This document shows positions 28,294 through 35,907 of a stretch of DNA of 64,000 nt, in pieces. The stretch is taken from contig JAJFVL010000046.1 in assembly GCA_021371855.1 (NCBI GenBank), positions 161,979-225,978 of the forward strand, read 5' to 3'. The notes beneath the pieces are model-generated. The model saw only the letters and a list, made by a program, of their open reading frames with translations, was not told the origin of the DNA and searched no databases. The stretch's first letter is position 1; every line of letters starts with the position of its first letter. The stretch is from Bacteroidales bacterium. Lineage in GTDB: Bacteria; Bacteroidota; Bacteroidia; Bacteroidales; VadinHA17. The translations under genes were made by a program, and so were the position numbers.

Positions 28294-28404
28294 GCACCGA
28301 TTACAAATCGGCGCCAGCATGTTATGGGGAATCGACAGTTAGCGCGGATTTGTAATCCGTGCTTCTGTTATAAAGACACCTATTGTAAATCGTCGCCAGC
28401 ATGG
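28294..28404. repeat. 111-bp insert made of three copies (forward, inverted, forward) of a 21-nt hairpin unit; REP/MITE-like
   Basis: The three units are GCACCGATTACAAATCGGCGC (28294..28314), GCGCGGATTTGTAATCCGTGC (28342..28362, inverted) and ACACCTATTGTAAATCGTCGC (28376..28396). Each can fold into a stem of about 9 bp. Units 1 and 3 share the flanks ATAAAG...CAGCATG. Confidence 0.8.
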
Positions 28405-28499
28405 GCTAAATTGCTGTGATACGGATTGTCAAAGGGTTTTGAAAGCAATATTTTGTACGACATTTTGAATGACCTGGAAGATTGAAGGTTTCTATAAAG
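28405..28499 (+). repeat. Direct repeat copy 2 (non-coding duplicate of the recX 3' end)
   Basis: Identical to 28200..28293 except for one substitution (GAGATAC/GTGATAC) and one extra T (GGTTCT/GGTTTCT). It overlaps the stop of the convergent gene 28492..28956. Confidence 0.9.
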
Positions 28500-28956
28500 A
28501 GAGTAAAATTCCCGAAAAGATATTCGTTATAAACGGCCAGAAAGAGATCAGAAAAATCATTGCAGAACCGATACAGTCAGTAATAATAAGCTGTTTACGG
28601 GTATCTGTGTACCTGATATAAAATATTGAAAATGCAACTCTTAAAAAAAGCTGTGAAACAAAAAACAGGAATACCCGCATCCCATAAATATTCCATTGGT
28701 ATGCTTCATCAATCCTTCCTCTGATTATCAGGGAGAAGCTGTGAGAAAGCCCGCAGGAGATACATGGTTCTCCTGTAAGTTTTTCATGAATGCAGGCTAC
28801 AGGATAATTGCCGGTCTCAGGAGAAAAAAAGCCGGAGTATGCAAAAACCAGCAATATTACTCCGGCAAAAAAGATATTAATAATAAGGTAAGGCTCATCT
28901 CTAAGCCTTACTTTCAAAGTCTTTCGGGAATCACTTTGTCTTCTGCAAAGTATCAT
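28492..28956 (-). CDS. DUF2752-like small membrane protein
   Basis: 4 TM segments with a CxxC-type motif (GEPCISCGLSHSF) after TM1. The start is uncertain. As drawn, the ORF overlaps the upstream gene by 26 nt. Confidence 0.5.
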   Translation of the reverse strand: MILCRRQSDSRKTLKVRLRDEPYLIINIFFAGVILLVFAYSGFFSPETGNYPVACIHEKLTGEPCISCGLSHSFSLIIRGRIDEAYQWNIYGMRVFLFFVSQLFLRVAFSIFYIRYTDTRKQLIITDCIGSAMIFLISFWPFITNIFSGILLSL

Positions 28957-29422
28957 TCTTCACTGATTTTCCTCCTTCCAGGTCTTCAAGCTTCATCTCA
29001 AGATTCTTTTTATTGGAATCTGTTTTTATTTCAACCTTTTCACCGTTGCTCTCAACTTTTATTGAGACGTTTGCATCTTCAAGATCTTTAATCACATTGT
29101 CCTGAACTTCATTTATAATATTTTCAATCCTGCCTGGGAACTTATCAAATTTATGGGCAACTTTTCCAATTACAAAAATCTGTGAAAATGATATCATCAG
29201 AGCGACTACAGCAATTATCAGTCCTGCAATCAGCATCCCCTGTGGCGAATGGTTCCTTGAAGCCTGTGACATACCCACTATTGCAAGAATAATGGCAATA
29301 ATCCCGGGTATGATCGCGATAATCCCCACACAGGGAATTACTGCAAGGACAAATGTAATTATTGCTGTTATCAGAGCTGCAACTCCCAGACCGTGTCCCT
29401 TGTTGTTTCTTTCCTCTTCCAT
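28931..29422 (-). CDS. DUF4190-like two-TM membrane protein with a soluble C-terminal tail
   Basis: GLGVAALITAIITFVLAVIPCVGIIAIIPGIIAIILAIVG, a second TM, and a charged C-terminus. Confidence 0.45.
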   Translation of the reverse strand: MEEERNNKGHGLGVAALITAIITFVLAVIPCVGIIAIIPGIIAIILAIVGMSQASRNHSPQGMLIAGLIIAVVALMISFSQIFVIGKVAHKFDKFPGRIENIINEVQDNVIKDLEDANVSIKVESNGEKVEIKTDSNKKNLEMKLEDLEGGKSVKNDTLQKTK

Positions 29423-29432
29423 GATATAGAAT

Positions 29433-29993
29433 TTATTTATTATTATTTACGCTGTAAAGGATATTAACCAAATCCTGTTCTAAAGACGTCGTCGGATTTT
29501 CAATGATGCGTCCGGCTTCAATATTATTTCTAAAAATAATAAATGTTGGAACACGTTGAATATCCAGCTTGCTATATTCGCCCATCGGGGACAGTTTTTC
29601 ATTGTCCACACCGATAAATGTTATCTTTGAAACGGGAAATTTCCATATGTCCATGATTTTCATGAAGCGGGGGACCTCTCTTCTGCTGTCGGGGCACCAG
29701 GTTCCCATTACAACCTTTAACGAAAGGCTGTCTTTATTAATTTCCATCAATTTATTTATAGCAACGGTATCGGTCTGATAAACTTCAAAACCCTTAACAT
29801 ACCATGATGAATATGGTTCCTGTGTAAGCCTATCAGGATTAAAATAGCCAAGAAGCCATGTTTCCTGTTTCGAGAAGTAGACCTCAGCATCGGAAGGTTG
29901 TGCAGCATCCACTGTGGTCCCCTGTTTAATCTTTACAGTTGAGCATCCGGTAAAAATCAAAAATAATAAAATGCTTAATATTGAATTCTTCAT
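29433..29993 (-). CDS. Thioredoxin-fold lipoprotein (WCPDS motif)
   Basis: Lipobox LIFTGC and a single-Cys thioredoxin-like motif MGTWCPDSRREVP. Confidence 0.65.
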   Translation of the reverse strand: MKNSILSILLFLIFTGCSTVKIKQGTTVDAAQPSDAEVYFSKQETWLLGYFNPDRLTQEPYSSWYVKGFEVYQTDTVAINKLMEINKDSLSLKVVMGTWCPDSRREVPRFMKIMDIWKFPVSKITFIGVDNEKLSPMGEYSKLDIQRVPTFIIFRNNIEAGRIIENPTTSLEQDLVNILYSVNNNK

Positions 29994-30057
29994 TAATTAA
30001 GAATTTACTAAATGATCTCATTCTGGTATGTCCCTTATTTCGCTGTAATAAATATAG

Positions 30058-31147
30058 CTATTTACCAGCATATTCCATCAGGTATGATTTAATAAATGAA
30101 TTCAGATCACCATCAAGTATGGCCTGCACATTTCCTGTCTCAAGGTTCGTCCGGTGGTCTTTTACCATTTTATATGGATGAAGTGTATACGATCTGATCT
30201 GAGAACCCCATTCGATCTTTTTTTTCTCTCCCTCAATCTTTGCCTGCTCTTCCTGTTGCTTTCTGAGTTCAAGTTCGTAAAGTTGCGACTTAAGTATACG
30301 CATCGCATTTTCCTTATTATTGAGCTGCGACCGGGTTTCCTGATTTTCGATAATTATCCCTGTCGGGTGATGTCGTAACCTGACAGCAGTTTCAACTTTA
30401 TTTACATTCTGTCCACCCGCCCCGCTTGAGCGGTATGTTTCCCATGTAATATCAGCCGGATTGATTTCAATCACGATATTATTATCAACCAAAGGGGATA
30501 CAAAGACCGACGCAAATGTTGTCTGACGCTTCCCCTGTGCATTGAAAGGAGATATTCTTACAAGGCGGTGAACCCCGTTTTCACTTTTCAGATACCCATA
30601 TGCCCTTTCACCATTTATTTCCAATGTCACCGACTTGATACCGACCTCATCACCAGCCTGATAATCAAGTTCTTTAACCTTATAGTTGTTTCTTTCAGCC
30701 CATCGGAGATACATCCTCATAAGCATAGCGGCCCAGTCGTTACTTTCCGTGCCACCAGCGCCTGAGTTTATCTTGAGAATCGCTCCCAGCTGATCTTCTT
30801 CTTTCTGCAACATATTCCGGACCTCGAGGTCCTCGATCAGTGATAAGCATTTATCATATTGCTTATCAATATCCTCTTCTGTTGCTACTCCTTCCCTGAA
30901 AAAATCATTAAGGACAACCAGGTCGTCAATTTCAGTAGTTATTTTATCAAAATCTGTTGTCCAGCTTTTTGTCTGTGAAATACTTTTAAGGAGCTCCTCG
31001 GCTTTTTTCGGATCGTTCCATAAGCCAGGCTGTTGCGACAGGCTCTCTTTTTCTGCTATTTGTTCGAGTTTGCCTTCGATGTCAAAGATACCTCCTCAAC
31101 GCGTCGCGGCGTTCCGATAAACCCTTTATCTGTTCGTTAGTTATCAT
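30058..31147 (-). CDS. prfB: Peptide chain release factor 2, requires a programmed +1 frameshift: join(31147..31085, 31083..30058) on the minus strand
   Basis: Frame 0 encodes [21 protein letters not shown] and then TGA. After skipping T at 31084 the reading continues [14 protein letters not shown]... into the 251-aa ORF of the track, which carries the SPF and GGQ motifs. Total 362 aa. Confidence 0.95.
31081..31096 (-). other. prfB autoregulatory +1 frameshift site
   Basis: The minus strand reads AGGAGG TAT CTT TGA C. This is an internal SD-like element followed by the canonical CTT-TGA-C slippery/stop context. Confidence 0.9.
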
Positions 31148-31163
31148 CACTTATATTTTTGAG

Positions 31164-31171
31164 CAAATTTA
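31164..31171 (-). promoter_or_regulatory. Candidate -7 box (TAAATTTG) for prfB
   Basis: TAnnTTTG on the minus strand, 17 nt upstream of the prfB ATG. Confidence 0.3.
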
Positions 31172-31221
31172 CTTATTTAATTGAGATTATTTTTACCTGG
31201 TAAAGTTGCTTAATGTCATTT

Positions 31222-31917
31222 TCAATTATTGATAGTCACTTCCCATTTCCCCGGATCATTTATCACACACTCTAATGCAACCTCATATGAAGAAGTGCGG
31301 ATTTTATTTAAAGTTGTGTATTGGATTTTCAAATCCAGAGGGAAATTGATATTCTGGATACCCTCTTTAGATCCTGACTTAAACTGGCTTCCGCTGTTGA
31401 AAGCCAAAGAAAGTCCTCTTACACCTGTATTTATCTGTCCTCCGATTAGAAGTTTAATTATGACTTCATTACCGGTATCATTGACTTTACGTAAGCTATA
31501 GCTTAACATGCCCATGTTTCGTGTGACAACATAGGGCGGAATAAATTCAGAACCGATATATTTATCTTTCTTCCAGTATCCCGTAACTACAGAATCACCT
31601 CTTGTCGTAGAATAAATCATTTCACCTTTGCCCTCCATGAGCCCGCTCTGGAACTGGCCTTTGTAAACCGTGCCATTCGCCCATGTATAAGTGCCTTTCC
31701 CCTCAGGAACACCTTTACTGAACTGCCCTTCATAACGGTCGGTACCCTGAGCAACACCTTTACCACTGGCAAGTCCGTTTTTACACTGCCCCGAATATGA
31801 TCCGGCAAGACTCGGCAAAGTTACTTTGCAATCAGAGTCCTGTGCAAAAGCATTAACTCCTGAAAAAAGAAGAATCCCGGCAAAGAGCCCGGTTAATGTA
31901 CCTTTTTTAGTTTTCAT
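31222..31917 (-). CDS. Exported MORN-repeat protein
   Basis: Signal peptide followed by MORN units YEGQFSKGVPEGKGTYTWANGTVYKGQFQSGLMEGKGEMIY. Confidence 0.75.
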   Translation of the reverse strand: MKTKKGTLTGLFAGILLFSGVNAFAQDSDCKVTLPSLAGSYSGQCKNGLASGKGVAQGTDRYEGQFSKGVPEGKGTYTWANGTVYKGQFQSGLMEGKGEMIYSTTRGDSVVTGYWKKDKYIGSEFIPPYVVTRNMGMLSYSLRKVNDTGNEVIIKLLIGGQINTGVRGLSLAFNSGSQFKSGSKEGIQNINFPLDLKIQYTTLNKIRTSSYEVALECVINDPGKWEVTINN

Positions 31918-32230
31918 AATATAAGTTCGATTATTTAAGACATTGACTTTAAGATATTGAGATAAATTTAAGATTTAATCTTAAATGTTGTTTCCTCCTG
32001 CCTTAAACAAAGATATATCTTTCCCAATAATATTCTATTTATTAGCACGATACTTACAGATAAATAATTCAGGGAATCGTGAAATGCCTTCTCAGACAAG
32101 TTCGTTTTATGCAACCTCAAACGAAAATGGGTTCAAAAAATAAAGATTATATTTACTGTCCGAAAAACAGTATATGGATCACAAGGATTACCTGATACCG
32201 CAGGCTGCAAGCCACTAACCTGATATTTGA

Positions 32231-32647
32231 ATGATACGAATAATTATCTGGCTTAAACCCTATGCAAAGTATTTGTTAGCTTTCTGGCTTATAACTATTA
32301 TTACTTTTTCATCAATCCCCTCACTTCCGACTTTGAAAATCCATACTGACAGGGCAGATATCAGGCTTGACTATCTGATCCATTTTTGTGAATACGGATT
32401 GCTTGCTTTCATTACATTTCTGGCGTTTGCCAGTAGTGAGTTAAAAATAAGTCACGAAAGATATTTTTATATTACCTTGTTCCTGCTGGCATTTGCTGTC
32501 CTGGATGAATTTCACCAGAAATTTATTCCGGGAAGAACCTTTAATCCGAAAGATATACTGGGCAATATTCTGGGAATAGTTGCAGCACTGGGTTTCTGTA
32601 TTCTGGTATTTGGGAATATTGCTCGCAGGCTACGAGATCATAATTAA
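32231..32647 (+). CDS. VanZ family membrane protein
   Basis: 4 TM segments and the DEFHQKFIPGR motif. Confidence 0.8.
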   Translation: MIRIIIWLKPYAKYLLAFWLITIITFSSIPSLPTLKIHTDRADIRLDYLIHFCEYGLLAFITFLAFASSELKISHERYFYITLFLLAFAVLDEFHQKFIPGRTFNPKDILGNILGIVAALGFCILVFGNIARRLRDHN

Positions 32648-32673
32648 AATAACCTAAAACTTATTTTTTGTTT

Positions 32674-32767
32674 CACAGAGTTGCACGGAGAGGCACAGAG
32701 TTCCACAGAGAAAGAAAATAAATGAAAAACTCTGTGGCTCTCTGTGAATCCTCTGTGCTCCTCTGTG
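32674..32767. repeat. Inverted repeat built from 4+4 CACAGAG/CTCTGTG heptamers at 10-bp spacing
   Basis: Left arm: CACAGAG ttg CACGGAG agg CACAGAG ttc CACAGAG (32674..32710). A-rich spacer of 19 nt. Right arm: CTCTGTG gct CTCTGTG aatc CTCTGTG ctc CTCTGTG (32730..32767). It sits between convergent genes. Confidence 0.85.
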
Positions 32768-32823
32768 TAAGTTCTTTATGAATTCTTATGATGAATTTTA
32801 ATATTATTCCTTACAGTATCTCA

Positions 32824-34533
32824 TCAATAAACCCTGTAGCCGGAAAAGGTTCCTGTGCCGGTTTGTGTAGCAAGTCCGGTGTAAATTACAATATTTACAG
32901 TATTTGTTGCACTTAACTTCATTGTAACCGATCTGACAGGAATTGTCGTACCAGCCCCAACACTTATAGCCAACTTTTCGTAAAGTACAGAGTTTACATA
33001 AATTGCTACTTCCCTGCCGTCTCCAACACCATCTGCATTATATGCTACATTAAATGTATAGATACCATCTGCCGGAGCAGTAAAAATTCCTGTGGCAGTA
33101 TTCAAATAATTACCAACATTATAATCCAATGCATCATATGTCATTGTGGGATAAGAAGCTATGGTTGCTATATCAGATGAGGTATTTTTTGCTCTGAATG
33201 CCACCATTGAACCCAGAGAAACACTATTTCCGCCTGAAATTGCAAGACTATTATCGGTTGCTGAATATGATAGCGTCTGGCTGTCGGTATTATCAAGATA
33301 ACCCGAGAGGTTGATTTCTGATGGATTTGTTTTACCTGTAATTGATAACTTGTTTCCAGTCAAATTCAAATCCTGAATTTCATTAGCCGGGTCAGCATCA
33401 GCATCATTTTTAAGAGAAGACAGATCCACAGGAGTGGCAACACTGGAAATTGAGAGTTGATTATTTGCAGGATTAAAACTTAGGGACTGAACAAATTTTG
33501 AAAGATCTGCCGAGTTTCCACCTGAAATTGTAAGTTTATTGTCAGTGCTATTTAATGTAAGCGTCTGTGCATCTGTATTGTCAAGATATTTATTAAGGCT
33601 CACTCCGGAAGAAGCACCATTCTTTGTGATAGTCAGCAAGTCGCCCGATAATTGAATATCCTGAATTTCGTTGGTAGGGTCAGCATCAGCATCATCTTTT
33701 AGTTCAGACAGATTAACTGTTCCGCTGGTTCCTGAGATGCTCATAACACGTGTGACCGGATCAAATGAAATCGACTGTCTGTAGGGCGAAAGATCCCACT
33801 CGGTTGCAAGAGAGTTTTTTGTAATTTTAAGCTTATCTGAACTAATCACCAGATCCTGTATTTCGTTTGTCGGATCGCCGTCAGCTTCAATTGTTGATAA
33901 CAGAACTGAATTACCGCGTGAGATCCCTAGGTAATTGCCTTCAGTAGTCTTGTTTATCGTCAATGTCTGGAGAAGACTGGAAAGAGGCACGGAGTTACCA
34001 CTGCTGATCGAGAGAGTGGTCTCATCAAACGAAAGTGTCTGATCATCCGTAGCAGGATCTCCCGGATCACCTTTAATTCCCGGATCACCTTTTGGACCTG
34101 CCGGTCCCGGTTCAAGAGACTTCTGAGCATATAAAGCATAAGGCACTGAGAGGAACTGCATTGTTCCCATGTCTAAAAAGTCATTATCAAATTTCACCTC
34201 AACCTTAAGATAATGAAGGGCCTGTGACCAGTTAACCTGGGAAAGTTCCCCGTAAATACCACCGGTCGGTGTACCATGACCAATAATAAGCGAAAAAACA
34301 CCATACTTTGAAGTTGTCACATCAGAGTGAAGTTCCTGATATACAAGTGTTCCCAGTGGATTTCCGGAAATAATTGAGAATCTGACATCAATATCTTTGC
34401 TGATCAGCTCTTTCCCATAACTATCTCTCGCTACTGCCTGGTAATGTATACCCATGGGTACACTACCCTGACCAAAACCGGCGGCATTTAACAATGCCAG
34501 CATAAGTACAAACAGAAAATTTTTCCCAGCCAT
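32824..34533 (-). CDS. Secreted repeat protein with a short collagen-like triple-helix segment and a C-terminal C1q/TNF-like globular domain
   Basis: Signal peptide. Six consecutive GXY triplets, GPAGPKGDPGIKGDPGDP (nt 34054..34107). Alternating repeats (DADADPTNEIQD..L.G..L.ITK and D.QTL....TDN.L.ISGGNS..LS). The last 130 aa or so carry a C1q-like pattern (FRAKNT..., GIFTAPADGIYTFNV, VAIYVNSVLYE, ending FSGYRVY). Confidence 0.6.
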   Translation of the reverse strand: MAGKNFLFVLMLALLNAAGFGQGSVPMGIHYQAVARDSYGKELISKDIDVRFSIISGNPLGTLVYQELHSDVTTSKYGVFSLIIGHGTPTGGIYGELSQVNWSQALHYLKVEVKFDNDFLDMGTMQFLSVPYALYAQKSLEPGPAGPKGDPGIKGDPGDPATDDQTLSFDETTLSISSGNSVPLSSLLQTLTINKTTEGNYLGISRGNSVLLSTIEADGDPTNEIQDLVISSDKLKITKNSLATEWDLSPYRQSISFDPVTRVMSISGTSGTVNLSELKDDADADPTNEIQDIQLSGDLLTITKNGASSGVSLNKYLDNTDAQTLTLNSTDNKLTISGGNSADLSKFVQSLSFNPANNQLSISSVATPVDLSSLKNDADADPANEIQDLNLTGNKLSITGKTNPSEINLSGYLDNTDSQTLSYSATDNSLAISGGNSVSLGSMVAFRAKNTSSDIATIASYPTMTYDALDYNVGNYLNTATGIFTAPADGIYTFNVAYNADGVGDGREVAIYVNSVLYEKLAISVGAGTTIPVRSVTMKLSATNTVNIVIYTGLATQTGTGTFSGYRVY

Positions 34534-34544
34534 TAATATATCTA

Positions 34545-35045
34545 TTAGATTTTTTCAATTTTAAATGTCCTGCTTATCAATCCATCATCACTTACTATCC
34601 TGACAAAATAAAGACCAGTCCTGTATTCTTCAAACTCAATCTTTTGAATATAATAATAACTACCAGCGAAATTTATTGTGCCTGTATAAATTATTGTACC
34701 TGTTATGGAAATTATATCAATTTTAAAGTTTCTTGCAGCATCACCAAAAAATTTAATATATACAAAATCTTTCACAGGATTAGGGTAAACGTCAACTCCA
34801 TTACCTTCTGGTTTGACCATTGAAGAAACCTTCATCCCCGGTTGCTGAAAACCCTGGGTAAGGACAAAATCAGGATTACTGATTATTTCAACCATAGTTT
34901 CTCCCGATGTCTGTGAATAACTAAATCCTCCTGCTGTTGAAACTCCGGCAACTGGTACAAGTACCTGGTGTGACAATTGCTGGGAAAAAGTATTTTCCAA
35001 AGAAACGAGTAATAGTAGTATTAAAATTTTTATCCCCTTTGCCAT
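34545..35045 (-). CDS. Small secreted protein with a T9SS (Por) C-terminal sorting domain
   Basis: Signal peptide and a C-terminal VYPNPVKDFVYIKF...GLYFVRIVSDDGLISRTFKIEKI signature. Confidence 0.7.
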   Translation of the reverse strand: MAKGIKILILLLLVSLENTFSQQLSHQVLVPVAGVSTAGGFSYSQTSGETMVEIISNPDFVLTQGFQQPGMKVSSMVKPEGNGVDVYPNPVKDFVYIKFFGDAARNFKIDIISITGTIIYTGTINFAGSYYYIQKIEFEEYRTGLYFVRIVSDDGLISRTFKIEKI

Positions 35046-35228
35046 TATGAGTCAAATCTGCAAGTTCAAAAATAATTATTTTTTTTACATACCAACTTGT
35101 TTTGTTAATAAACATGTTGATAACTTTATTTTAAGAAGTAATATTTAATCTTAAAATTTGACCTCTTTCTCATCTTGTGTCTTATTCTTTTGTCATTTTC
35201 AGGGCTTGCGGAAAGTTAAAGGCTTATC

Positions 35229-35828
35229 ATGCTTAAATCATTTTATTATCAAAATCTTACTGAAGCAGGTTGCGACGAAGCCGGTAGAGGTTGTCTGGCA
35301 GGACCTGTAGTTGCAGCCGCAGTTATTCTTCCCAAAAATTACAGGCATCCTGTTCTTAACGATTCAAAGAAACTCACGGCCAGGCAAAGAGACTCACTTA
35401 AGATTGAAATAATAAATTCAGCCGTTGCCTGGAAAGTGGCGTTTATCGATAATATGGAAATTGATGAAATGAATATTCTCAGAGCCTCAATCAAAGCGAT
35501 GCATATTGCAATTGAAGGCCTGAAAACAGAACCGGATTTTCTGCTTATCGACGGTAACAGGTTCTATCCTTATAAAACAATTGAATATAAGACAATTATT
35601 AAAGGTGACGGGATTTATTTCTCAATAGCCGCAGCATCAGTACTTGCAAAAACATTCCGCGATGAATATATGGAAAAGATCCATAATGAATTCCCTGAAT
35701 ATGGCTGGAATAAAAATAAGGGCTATCCTACTTCTTTCCACCGGGCTGCCATTGCAAAATACGGGATCACTCCTTATCACAGAAAATCATTTGCCCTTTA
35801 TGATAACCAGATGAAATTCGAATTCTGA
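35229..35828 (+). CDS. rnhB: Ribonuclease HII
   Basis: GCDEAGRGCLAGPVVAAAV, LLIDGN and SIAAASVLAK motifs. Confidence 0.95.
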   Translation: MLKSFYYQNLTEAGCDEAGRGCLAGPVVAAAVILPKNYRHPVLNDSKKLTARQRDSLKIEIINSAVAWKVAFIDNMEIDEMNILRASIKAMHIAIEGLKTEPDFLLIDGNRFYPYKTIEYKTIIKGDGIYFSIAAASVLAKTFRDEYMEKIHNEFPEYGWNKNKGYPTSFHRAAIAKYGITPYHRKSFALYDNQMKFEF

Positions 35829-35861
35829 ATATTTATCATTTATATTATAAATTATTACAGT

Positions 35862-35869
35862 TATCTTTG
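35862..35869 (+). promoter_or_regulatory. Candidate -7 box (TATCTTTG) for the S46 peptidase gene
   Basis: Exact TATCTTTG 39 nt upstream of ATG 35908. Confidence 0.4.
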
Positions 35870-35907
35870 GCCGATAATTTAAAATCATTCTAAACAAGTT
35901 TCGATAT

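Noticed and set aside
32824-34533. Internal repeats of the collagen/C1q-like gene considered as a diversity-generating retroelement target
   Set aside because: The window contains no reverse transcriptase, no template repeat and no adenine-specific mismatch pattern between repeat copies.
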